64,000 bases of DNA from Rhizodiscina lignyota (taxonomy: Eukaryota): NCBI GenBank assembly GCA_010015805.1, contig ML978128.1, positions 62,001 to 126,000 on the forward strand, written 5' to 3'. Below the pieces are notes generated by a model, which ran no database searches, was not told where the DNA came from, and worked only from the letters and a program-made list of their open reading frames with translations. The first letter of the stretch is position 1. Every line of letters begins with the position of its first letter. The position numbers were made by a program, and so were the translations under genes. This document shows, one piece after another, positions 24,546 to 35,721 of the stretch.

Positions 24546-25745
24546 ATGGCTCCTCCTTTCACATCTGTTCGTGCTTTGTTCCTTCGGGATACTGTGGACG
24601 AGGGAAATGGCCAGAGCACCACCTGCGCTCGCCCAGTTGCTGGCCAAGAGGGAGAGGTGCTCAACATTGGCATCACCACCCATCGACTGCTCGAATATAT
24701 CTCAGGGATTTCGTTGGGCTTAACGCTCATCGTGACCCTCTTCCTCATCACACGTCACCTTTCACGATACACGGTTCCTCCTGAGCAACGACAAATTGTC
24801 CGAATAGTCTTCGTGCCAACATTCTTCGCTATCATTGGTTTCTTCTCGGTTATGTTCTACAACGTTTCGATTTATATCCGGCCGATTCCCGAAGTCTATG
24901 AGGCTTTCTGTATCCCAGCGATTCTCCTGCTTTATATCCATTACGTCTGCCCAGACGAAGGCCAACTGACGCGTTACGACTTTTTCCACAACCTTGAGCT
25001 TCAAGATCGAAAAGGCCGGTCGCAGTCTGGTGGAAGTTTAACATGGTTCAAGCGCACTTGGATTTGCGTATTCCAATATCCGTTGGCGAAGACGATCTCG
25101 GCCATCATCGAAATCGCGACACAAGGCGCTGGCGTTTTCTGCATCAATTCACTCAGTCCACATTACGCCCACTTGTGGTGTCAGATCATTGACATTGTGT
25201 CCATCGTTCTCGCTGTTCCTCGCGTCATTCGATTCGAGCGCCGGATGAAGAGCCAGATGGACCCAAAGCACAAGGCTTTCCAAAAGCTTCTGGCCTTCAA
25301 GGGCTTTGTCATTCTCCAGTTCATCCAGCTCATTATATTCGGATTGCTCAATGGCAAAGTCTTCAGTCCAACCGCATATGTTACGTACGACGACATCTAC
25401 TACGGCATCCCGAATACCCTGACCTGTCTCGAAGGTGTCATCTTCTCCTTTCTCTTCCTCTGGGCATTCAACACCAGTGTGTACCATCCAGAATACCAAA
25501 ACACTCAAGGTCGCCGCATGCCATTCTGGCGCGCAATTTTCAATGCAATGAACTTCACCGATATTGTGAAGGGGGTTACTTTCATGTTCGCCCTTATTAC
25601 CGAGGGGCAGTTTTTGCCGGGCTCTCAGAACACATATCGATCGACTACATCTCGCGGTTCAGCCGAATACCCCCTGACGAACGTCCAACGTCCTCGTAAG
25701 CCCTCTGACAACTCTTCGGATTCTGAACGACAGTGGGCTCATTAG
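24546..25745 (+). CDS. Organic solute transporter OST-alpha / TMEM184 family protein
   Basis: HLSRYTVPPEQRQIVRI, EVYEAFC, VFQYP, KLLAFKGFV and LTCLE, with multiple TM segments. Confidence 0.88.
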   Translation: MAPPFTSVRALFLRDTVDEGNGQSTTCARPVAGQEGEVLNIGITTHRLLEYISGISLGLTLIVTLFLITRHLSRYTVPPEQRQIVRIVFVPTFFAIIGFFSVMFYNVSIYIRPIPEVYEAFCIPAILLLYIHYVCPDEGQLTRYDFFHNLELQDRKGRSQSGGSLTWFKRTWICVFQYPLAKTISAIIEIATQGAGVFCINSLSPHYAHLWCQIIDIVSIVLAVPRVIRFERRMKSQMDPKHKAFQKLLAFKGFVILQFIQLIIFGLLNGKVFSPTAYVTYDDIYYGIPNTLTCLEGVIFSFLFLWAFNTSVYHPEYQNTQGRRMPFWRAIFNAMNFTDIVKGVTFMFALITEGQFLPGSQNTYRSTTSRGSAEYPLTNVQRPRKPSDNSSDSERQWAH

Positions 25746-27187
25746 GACTAGGCAGCATCGATGCGAGAACGGGCTATCCTGGCTTGCCGGAGTATGCTCA
25801 TTTGAGCCCACAAGGCTCATACCAATAATGCCGATGACTGTCAGCCAGAGAGATCAGCGACAGCCATTCTGTGGGAATACAACAAATGTATGTACGGCGT
25901 ACTGGAAGCGTTTGATATTGTGGTCCATTCCGAACTTTGGGTTATCAGTGAGGTTGAGAACTTTATTTCTCAACCGAGAAAATGTATATGGATCGTCAAA
26001 TTGAGTAGTTTAGCGTACTTGTAGCACTAGAGTCTCTATAAAGTTTCATATTTATTTCGAAAGATGTACGAAGTAGCTTGAAATGATTAGGCCGGGCTGT
26101 GATCCAATCAAACTCCACCGTCATCGAAGATCACTTTATAATTGGATGTTGTTCTGAAGTGCATCCTAGGCCGCTATTTTCTACACATTACCACGTTGAT
26201 ACTTTACGTCTCCGAAGGTCCGACATCCAGCTACATACAACGCTTCCAATTTGGACTAGGTTCTACATGACTGCAGCCACGACACCCAAATGGAGCTCAT
26301 GTTGACCATTGTGCATGCTATGACTGTATTTCTGAGCCAGTGCCTCGAGCCATGTTGTCAATAGTCGCGTAACCTCCATACTGTACGTGTTCCGGCATCC
26401 ATCATATGCCCGACCTTACCCCTTTCTCCGTTCCAACTACAGTACACCTTGCGATAGGCAACTGACTCTCCCGAATTCTTCACGCTAGTAGATTGATATT
26501 CAAATCACTTCTCACTTGAGATGTCTGACAACAGCAAGCGTCAAAACTCCAAGTTCACCTTTGACCCCGACGGGCAGTGCACGATACCATTTGGAGTAAT
26601 TTTCACCTTGAGACTCGGCGAATCGGAAACTTCTCGGAGCCCTGCAGCCTCCCGTCCAAATTTCGGCTCTCATTGGATGCACTAGACGTAATCCTTAGGG
26701 CTGCATACTGTCGCAGATCACTTCCGTTTGCGGTTGTTCGAGCGAGATGAAGATCTGAGCGCGGTGTGTCCGAAGTGTTTTTCGAATTCGATATGTGCTT
26801 CCACAACGTCTCACGAGAACAGACGCCCGTCTTTTCAGGCAATAAGTCGCGTGCGAAACTGCCGACACCAGAAAATAATGTCAAAGTACGCACGTAGTGA
26901 TGGCAGTCCGGCCGTAGTTGTCCACGAAATATGGTATATGAATGTTAAATTGTAAATTGAGGTCGAGATCTCTCTCCAATCTCTCATCTTGTCTCGTCTC
27001 CCCAAGTCCTTTTCTCCCAGCGCAAGAGAATGTCACAAACAGTGGTATCGTGCTGAAAAATTTCGGTCGTCCGTCGCGGATCATTCTACTGTACAAATCG
27101 GACAAATGCGGATTCTTGGGCTACCTCCCAGCGCTGTTCGTGGCGTCGCAGGCAACCACACAGCGAAAGAGCAATGTGCGACTGCTT

Positions 27188-29721
27188 TCAGTCAAACATC
27201 ATCTCATTCGAAAACAGAGATTCGTCAAAAGAGACAGGCAGAAAACTGCTTGTGTCAGAGAGAAACGCCTGAGCCTTCGCAAGACCCAGGTTGTTCCTCA
27301 GAAAGGCGTATACGCACGGAATCCACATCCTCCGCAGGTTCACGTCGAACTGCATCACCTCCTCCTCTTTCAAGCAACATGAAGACGCAATCAATGGCCA
27401 GAAAATCATCAGCGCCCTGAATCCGTAGATCTCATCAGGAGTGGTCGGGTCATCGGCACCTCCAGTTGGGGTCATTTGCAACAACGTTGGAATGGTCATG
27501 CATATGCCATCGATGAGCTCGATGATTAGCGACGCGGTGGCAGTGACGATCGATTCGTGATAGATGCTCATCTTATCGGTCCCGGGAGACCGTACTGCAG
27601 CTTGTCGCGCGCATCGGAGGATGGACAGGTTGAGGTAGAGTCGAGTACCGCGATAGAGGTCTGCACCTAGCGCACCGAGTGCAGTGTTGAAGACGCTCAT
27701 ATGTGAGGGAGCGCCAGGTAAACTGAACAATTCTCTGGCCCAACTAGGTCGGTTCTGTGGATTTACCTCGACTGATGCCTGGTAGTTGAAATGAGCTTGT
27801 TGTCCCTGCCACCACTCCTCGAGTCGAGAGTCTAGCTCTAAAGCCTGCAAGCAGAAGGTTTATGTAAGCCAAGTTCGACATTGTCGGGGAAGAGATGGTA
27901 GAGACTGCTGCGTTCCGTGAATGCAGATCTCGTGATGAGTCTGATTAGTTCCAAGCCTCCTGCGAAGCGGGCATATGACTTGCAAAAGGAAACCTAACAC
28001 CGGTGGACATGGAAATGGAAGGTCTTACCTGCTCGAGGACTTTATCAGGATTGAGGTCGTCGGCTACCAATTCTGGAGCCTTAAAAGGCCAAGCAGCAGA
28101 CCCCGTATTCTCGCTTAACCGCCTGAATTTGTAGCGCATTATTGCAGCGCGATGCATGAGTCCCATCAGTTGATGCCGTGGATTGTCGGTGGTCCATATT
28201 TTCCATTTTGAATCGAATGGAGGCGGTGCGACTCCATCAGTCAGGCAGTGGAGCATGACTTGTATGTAAATAACAGCAAGGTACCGATTCTGCAAGGCAT
28301 CTCGGAGCATTCCATTTCTGTATCTTGATCTTAGAATCGATGCGGCACCCATTTGGTGAGTTTTGTAAGATCCATCGAAAGTGGTCGAGGTAAGGGTCTA
28401 TGCGTAGCACGTTAGCAGTCTAGACTTGGGAATAAAGCAATACATCTCAAAATAGCATCAACTCCGGCGACGTGAAGGAGGTAGATCTACACGGGTTTGG
28501 TTCGAATTGAAATCTCCGCGAGCGGACCATCTTTTCTCTTCCGCAAGCGTAGAGAGACAGCCTTAGCTTTTGTAGCTGCAGCCACACGCACAAAGGACTA
28601 CAACAACGCACGACTCTTTGCGGCCGTACGACTCTTCTGTCCGAGAGGTAAAGCCAGATACGAGATACATTTCAAAAGTAGTTGGAGAGCGGCGACTGAC
28701 CTCATAGATGCCAAGCAAGAACACTCCTAATAGGGCTTCATTTGTGTCCATCTCCTCCTCTGGACCTGTCATGGCCTTTGTAAATTGGCCCAGTGCTTTG
28801 CCTAGATTGAGATACGAATTTAGCCAAACCCTCCTTGATGATCTCTGGACTTGTGGAACGTTTGGATAAAGAGCAGCTCAAGTGGAGAAAGCAAATCTTG
28901 ATGCTTTCTCCCCCAGTGTGTGGACGTACCGTAGTATACTTGGCCTTTCTGTCGTGCTTCTTCATGCTTGAAGCGACTTCCAAAGTTCGCCAACGAGACA
29001 GCAGAGACAGCGGAATGGAAATAGGAGTTGGGGGAAGCCTTCTTGAACATCTCCGGAATAGGATCGGCAGTGCTGCCAACGTTGTAATAATCTTGTGCGC
29101 TGATAAAATCGTAGAAAAATCGCAGGTAGGCCATTTGTTGCAGTGCTGGTCGAAGTTGTACACTTGTGGCGAGGGAACTGGTGAGTCCATCTTCACGAAT
29201 AGGAGATGCTATTTGCTCCGGAGACGACGAAGATGTACTAGATGGGCTGTGCGAACTTTGCTCCTTGGTTGCACGCTGGCGCCATTTATCTTTTGCTGTC
29301 TTCTCTGCCGTCTTCGTCTGGTTTCGGTGGATGAGCTCGAACTCATCCTTGTATTCGCAGGCTTGGCCGGATTTCAGACACCTCTGGCAGGCAGGATGTG
29401 TTTGGTCACACTAGGCACCCTCGATTAGCGAGTTTCTGCAATTTGAGCATTCGTTTAGCAATGTAAATGGTGGAGAAGCCACATGCGCTTCTGCTGCCTC
29501 AAATAGACAGCGATGGGAGGATTCCTCCGAGCCGCGACATCGATAACACAACCAACATCTTGATCCCAGAACATTCTCTGGAAAGTGCAAGGCACAAGGT
29601 CGAGCGTATTGGATATATATCGACTTGTTTCGTATGAAGCCGGGGAGGATTGGTATCATACCTTCACCTTCTTTGAGACGCAACGTTTGCACCCCCTACT
29701 CGGTCTGCCTCTGTATGACAT
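27188..29721 (-). CDS. Zn(II)2Cys6 transcription factor, 5 exons (29721-29662, 29410-28930, 28801-28701, 28397-28029, 27844-27188)
   Basis: MSYRGRPSRGCKRCVSKKVK|CDQTHPACQRCLKSGQACEY. Exon phases are consistent. The middle region YYGKAL..LLGIYE|TL..HQMGA..LRSR and C-terminal LMIFWPL are typical of this class. Confidence 0.85.
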
Positions 29722-30857
29722 TTCCAGATATCGACGATTATTAATTTCGGGCCCTGATTCCCTCGACTGGATCAAGACTCGTTCCTGTTTGGGTTTCTCC
29801 TTCGTAAGAAACGGCTTGACGATTGATATATCTCTTCAGTCTGGAGTCAATCGGCCTCAGCTGTTAAACCCGCAAGAGCAGCGTAATGACCTACGGAACA
29901 AAGGCGAGAATGTTGGTTGCAGGGTAAAAACGAGAACTCCACCCATACAGTTCCCCATGCACGTCTCACGGCTACTGCAGATGAAATATCATGTGGTGTC
30001 TCCATTCGAGCCAAAGGCACAGCAGTATAATGAGCCGGAAATGGCGATAGCGGGCCGGCCTGGTGCTGGGAGCCGAGCCACTAGGAGCAAACCCTCGCGA
30101 AATCCCCCAAAATGAACCAACGGGACCGCGGCGTCATCACGCACTGCCACCAGGGGCATCGAGCGTCGTCACCTCCCCGTCTGCAGGAGGCCGTCATTCC
30201 AGGGTATAACAGCTTGAAGAGTCCAAGAGTTGCGTATCTAATGAGGCTGCGCATGTCAGCCCGTCAGTAGTCAGCAGCCCTATACCTCTTGGACTTCGTT
30301 TGGAACTCGTCGGCGAGGCTGGGGACATCGAAAATCGGCCCGCGATTGGGGTCTCGCGATACCTCGCATCTAATAACTGATATGGAAGCCCACTAGGACT
30401 CCGAAGACTCTTGAATCATGCGGCGGAAATCGTGGAAAAGACTCATGAACCTTATCTTACCGTTACCGGCCTGATATCTCTCTACGTTGATCGCTAATTC
30501 TATAAAGGTTGAGAATTTCAGTCGTTGGTGACGACGCACGTCATAATACGTAGAAACAGCCATGGGAGCAGGGCAGAGTTTGATGAATGCCCCGAACCGA
30601 AGCCAGTTGGGCGCTGTCCCGAGCAACAGGGGCTTCAAGCAGTGCCCTAAATCCTATCCTACGTGAACAGCCACCACAGCTGAGTGTAGTATTCAGGTCC
30701 CCCACACTACTCTGCATGGTTCAATTTCACTGTTTTCTCTTCCTCTCTCCTTGTCTCTTCCGACTCGTATGGCCTTGTGCTGCTCACATCGCAGGAACAG
30801 AAGATCTAGTAGACTACCATCTGAGATGACAACCGACAGCTGTCATTCCGCCGTACC

Positions 30858-32330
30858 ATGACGGATATTGCAGGTGTAGTTGGTCTTAGCATACACGCAG
30901 CTCATGTTCTTGTCAACTACTTAGCAGAGGTGCAATCCGGGCCAGCAGAGCGAGATCACCTCAAGTTCCAGCTTGCCGACACCGCGCGCGTGCTTAACAA
31001 TATCAAATTTGCTTACGACCAGTCTCCGTACGAGGTGCAGGTACAATGCGCAGAGCAACACGACGAAGTTTTCGGAGAAAGAGGGACATTCCAGGCCTAC
31101 CTTCAATTACTCATTTCTCTAAACGAGAAGGTGCAAGAGAAGGGCTTTTCCGAGCGAGTCAAGCGGGCCTTTTGGTCACAGAAGCCTCAGAACTCCAACG
31201 ACGCCGTTCTGCTAGGGACACCCGAGTTGAAGCAGCTACTCGAATCAATCACAGAGGAGCTGAATGAGCAAAAGAAACTCGACAGGTGGACCTTTCCATG
31301 GAAGAAAGAAGAACTACAGAGGAGCATTGCGCGGATTCAAGGTTACAGTGCTAGCTTTGTGATCTTAGGACGAGCAGTATTACACGTCGTAAACTTGAAG
31401 TCCTTGACTATACAAAACAGACGCAGGCTGCTGCACAGGATACAAGGACGATTGCTGACATAAATGCTGCGACAATACGGAGTATAGCAGATACCCTCAA
31501 TGAAGATAGGGTCCGATCACTCCTCGATTCGCTCTCAAAGGAGGACCCTTGGGTCAAAGCCCGAGAAGAGTACGAAAAGTGCGACAACAGTAAGCCCGAC
31601 TGGATCCTTGAAACCCCTGTGTACAACGAATGGGTGTCGAAAACGCCGTCGAAGCAAGAGCTTTGGGGAGTCGGCGAAAACTGGGTCTGTCGCCATTATC
31701 AAGATGATCAGAGATAGTTTTGGGCCTGAACTATTGCATATATTAGACAGGAATTAGCAGGAAACTCCTCTCCATGTTGCCGCGTCTTGGAGAGTGGAAG
31801 TAGCTGTCAAATCTCTCCTGGGGCTTGGCGGCGATGTGACGGCGGCGCAGCACCGGCAAAGGAAGACTCCGCTGCATATTACTTGCGAGAGGGACAATGT
31901 GGACATTCTCAAGATGCTATTGGAGAACGAAAATGCGGACCTTGAAGCTCGCGATCTCGAAGGCCTGACACTTTTGCACACTGTTTGGCGCCATGGCGCC
32001 GTCGCGAAACTAAAGCTTGTTCTAGATCGATGCAGTGACTCTCATTTAAAAGAGCAGGATGGGCTTAGACGAACTGCGCTACACCATGCCGCCACAAGAA
32101 GGGAGTTAGAAGAGCTAGAAGTTCTGCTAGATGCGTACATGCAAAGATATATGCATGATGTGCTGTTCTGGCGCCGTAAAGATGGCCTTCCAGCGAAAGA
32201 CGTAGCTCTCGCTTCGGGATGGCCTGCTATATATGAAAGGCTTGCGAAAGCTGAGGACGAGTTTGGTAAATCTGTGAGCAGAGTGGCAAATGTCGGCGGT
32301 ACCTGGAAAGAAGTGCATTCAGAATCTTAA
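30858..32330 (+). CDS. NLR-derived gene: N-terminal helical domain + NACHT stub + ankyrin repeats, NTPase core missing (intact only if 31685-31757 is spliced; otherwise a pseudogene)
   Basis: Exon 30858-31376 (IAGVVGL..YLAEVQSG..TFPWKKEEL), intron 31377-31420, then WILETPVYNEWV..LWGVGE, followed by ANK motifs TPLHVAA, TPLHITC and TALHHAA. Confidence 0.65.
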
Positions 32331-32523
32331 AGGAGAAGCCGAATGATTTCTCTGTGTAGAAGTTGCGAGGCCTACGCTTTGTCCAACCCTTCCACAATAA
32401 ATCAGGCCTTGCATAAATCAGAGGAGTACGAGCCGACTCATCCGAGTATCGAATAAAGGAGCAAACGCCAAATCATGCCGAGTTCCATGCTTCGTAAAAC
32501 GTGATCTCTTCGGCTCGACCGAA

Positions 32524-33801
32524 TCAGAGACGCCCCAAGATATCTCGAACCTCTTTTAGAGAAGTCTTAACGACGTCTGCAGAGCTCGGGATGTCTTTGA
32601 TCAGTCCAATTCCAGTGCCACTGTGTGAGTTCAAGTGTTAGTAGCTTCGGCATCTAAGGGGGTTTTCCGCAAATTTATGAAAGGGGAGAACTCACGCCCA
32701 AATATTTCTCCGCGAGTTGTCACCTACTGCTGCTGCCTCCTTATACTTCGCAACGTTATCAGCTAGACTCATCCCTGCTTTGTGGTCATTGTACGAGTCC
32801 AGGATCATGGCGCGACCGTCGTACAGAGGCGGCCAGAATCCTGTGCTTTGGATGTCATCATGTACCGTATCCCTGCAATATCAGTTAACGAGATCACATT
32901 AAGAGGCAATAGTATTACTGACTTGATAGTAGTAGCGCCTCCATCCTCCGCCTCGATCAAAATGGCTTTCTGTGAGTCTGGAGTGGGTGATTCTTTTGTC
33001 GCAACGAACTACATCGGTAAGTTAAACATGAAGTGCTGAATTGTGCCTTGCTTACTCTCGTGCCCATAACCACTCCCTCCGCACCTACATTACTGTTAGC
33101 ATATTTCATAAAATCCATTTCGAATCCAAGAAATCACCTAAAGCCATAGCGGCCGCAATCCCTCTCCCATCCATAATTCCTCCTGCCGCAACGACAGCTA
33201 CCTCCCTCCCCTTATATTCCGTTTTCAACATATCGCACACTTCCGGAACCACGCTGATGATACCGGAACCCTTCGCCCACTGATGCCCACCCGCATCCAC
33301 GCCCTGCACCACGAGAACATCCGCGCCATCGCTCATCGCCTCCCGCGCCGCTTCTACTGTGCCTACCATCACAAACACTTTCAATCCCCAACTCTTTCCC
33401 ATTTCCTTCAGTGCCGGAATGACGGGTGCATGTGCCGATGGCTTCGAGGGCGTGGGTGCAAAAAGCCACACTGCAGCGACCTTATGCTTCGCCAGGACTG
33501 GTCCAACGGTCTCGATGAAATTCGCAAAGCTCTTGTCAAACGTGATGAAGCCGACACCAGCGTTTAATGCCTGGCCAGGTGTTTGGCCGAGGAGTGAGGC
33601 GGTCTCGGTGAGCTGCTTGTCCAGGCTGGAAATCTGTGTCGACTCTGGCTTGAAATCGAAGCCACCTCCGATGAAACCGAGGCCGCCTGCGTTGGTCACA
33701 GCTGCGGCCATGGGAGCAATTGCAGTGCCGAACATGGGAGCATTACTGATGACGGGGGTCTCGCAATGCGGGAACCAGGACTTGAGGAGAGATCTCGACA
33801 T
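32524..33801 (-). CDS. Nitronate monooxygenase (2-nitropropane dioxygenase family), 5 exons
   Basis: ISNAPM, AGGLGFIGGG, QGVDAGGH, AAGGIMDGRGIAAAMALG|AEGVVMGTR|FVAT, WPPLYDGRA and WA|GTGIGLI, joined by canonical introns. Confidence 0.93.
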
Positions 33802-35721
33802 CTTGTGTGGCTTTATTTTGCATCAAACCGGGGAATGCGCACACGGAGATGAAGAGGTAGCGAGAGTTGGATATCCTGTGAACTATATATACTATTGATG
33901 TATGACTTGAGTGTTGTACACTCAAGGATGTTGTGCGCTATCGCCGTCTTGGCAGAGATCCAACCAAGTCAGTGAAGGAACTGGCTTGTACGATTGGTCG
34001 ACTGAGACATTGGCGGAATAGGTGCGGAATGAAACTCAACTAGGTAGTTAGGCAATATTGAAAGAGGAAGTAGTCGAAATTCCAAACCGGAGAGGCAAAC
34101 GTTGAGGCTGAAGACATGATGACCGAAAGTCAGACCGTAAGAGTGAGAATCCTGCCGTTGAGGTTTGGATCTCCGCGGAGCAGATAATAATTGAAAGCGG
34201 AGTGAGCACTCTTGTTAGTACGAAGCGATGCCTGAGCTTAACTATTACCATGTCAAGACGGTATTTGACAAAGCTATGCTTATGAATAAATGTCACGTGG
34301 GATTTGATTATTCCATTGGTGCAGCCCGAGGTGTAGCGTGAGCTACATAACACTCAGATCTAATAACTGTAAGCTCGCATATCTCATCTAGCTCGTAGTT
34401 ACCTGTTGCATATTCATAGCATCTCTAGTTAAGACTTGCGAATGTTCGGCCACGGGGAAAGTAGAGAGGAGCACACCGTACTCATTTTAACTCGCCCAGG
34501 AAGTTGGGCACACGCCTATCTTAAGCCGACGGAGATCCATCCCGAGATCTGGGTCAGCGGACACAAGCAATTTCGAATTAACGCCAGACACGATGCAAGA
34601 ACAGAGTCGGGCCTCAATTTAGCGAGCTGCGAAGGGAGAGCGTGTTATCGTAGTCTGCACAGTTGTTGGAGGTTGGTATGTCCACGCAAGTGGAGAGCTC
34701 TCCGCACCGCGCAGGTGCGCCCACTGACCTCGTCCATCCATGGAGCGCCAGGTTTCTCGGGCCGCATGGGTCAGCGCCGCCACAAAATTAACATCCCCTG
34801 GAGCTGTGGAGGTGCCACAGACGAGTTGGACTTGGTAAGTCCATAATGTATTGGGATGGTCCACCTATATCTAACGCTCTTAAGTAGTATCTGGTGTCTC
34901 CGGCATTCCCTGCAAAGGGTAGTGCTGATCAACGTTGAGCAGCGGTGACGATAAAATCAAGGCGACCGGCAAAACCTCCCTGTGGCTCCGAAGGAGCCTG
35001 TCCGCATCTGTGGCGTGCGGTTGCAGAAAATCTCCCCTGTGGTTGGCTAAGGAGGCTGGGTCCGCCACGGTCGTGGCAGGCTTGCCCTGGCTGGGGAGAT
35101 TCTCCTTCTGCAGGAGTGACGATCTCTACATTTTGTAGAGGAGAGAGGGAAGGGTCCAGGTTCCTGCGTCCATTACGACAGAGCGCCCTTAGGAGATATC
35201 TCGTATTGAATTTCGCTTATCGGAAAGCCATAGTTACCAACATGAACTCGACAGCTTCAATCACAATTCTTCGCAAGTGGAATATCTGATGGCTGGCTAA
35301 CGTTCACAGAACGTCTTTTCTTTTGCTCAAGAGGGGCCAGGTACGAGTCCCAGCGGACCGTGTCCGCATCGCTACCTGATAGCCGGGGTTCTCCTCCATG
35401 CGTAAGATCCTTTCACGCATCGCTAACCTCCCACTTCTGACCATTTAGCCTCCTGCATACCCTACACCTGCATCTAGGCCAAAGTGCGATGAACATGGCT
35501 TGCAGAGCTAAGACGTGCTCATCATGTATCCGGTTTTGAGGGGAAATTTATCGTTTTGGAAAAATGTAGATAAGCCGGCTTCGTCCAATGCTCCGCCTGT
35601 AGTGGAACCCACGATATGTTCAACCAACCTCTCGAATTTCTCGACGTCATGACGAGAAGGTGATCCATATACCTCTCTCGTCGCGTCTCCTACGTCGTCT
35701 CCAATAGCATAACTGCACGGG

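Noticed and set aside
25952..25976. 9-bp hairpin ggttgagaa..ttctcaacc downstream of OST-alpha
   Set aside because: Short enough to arise by chance in 64 kb, and bacterial-style terminators do not apply.
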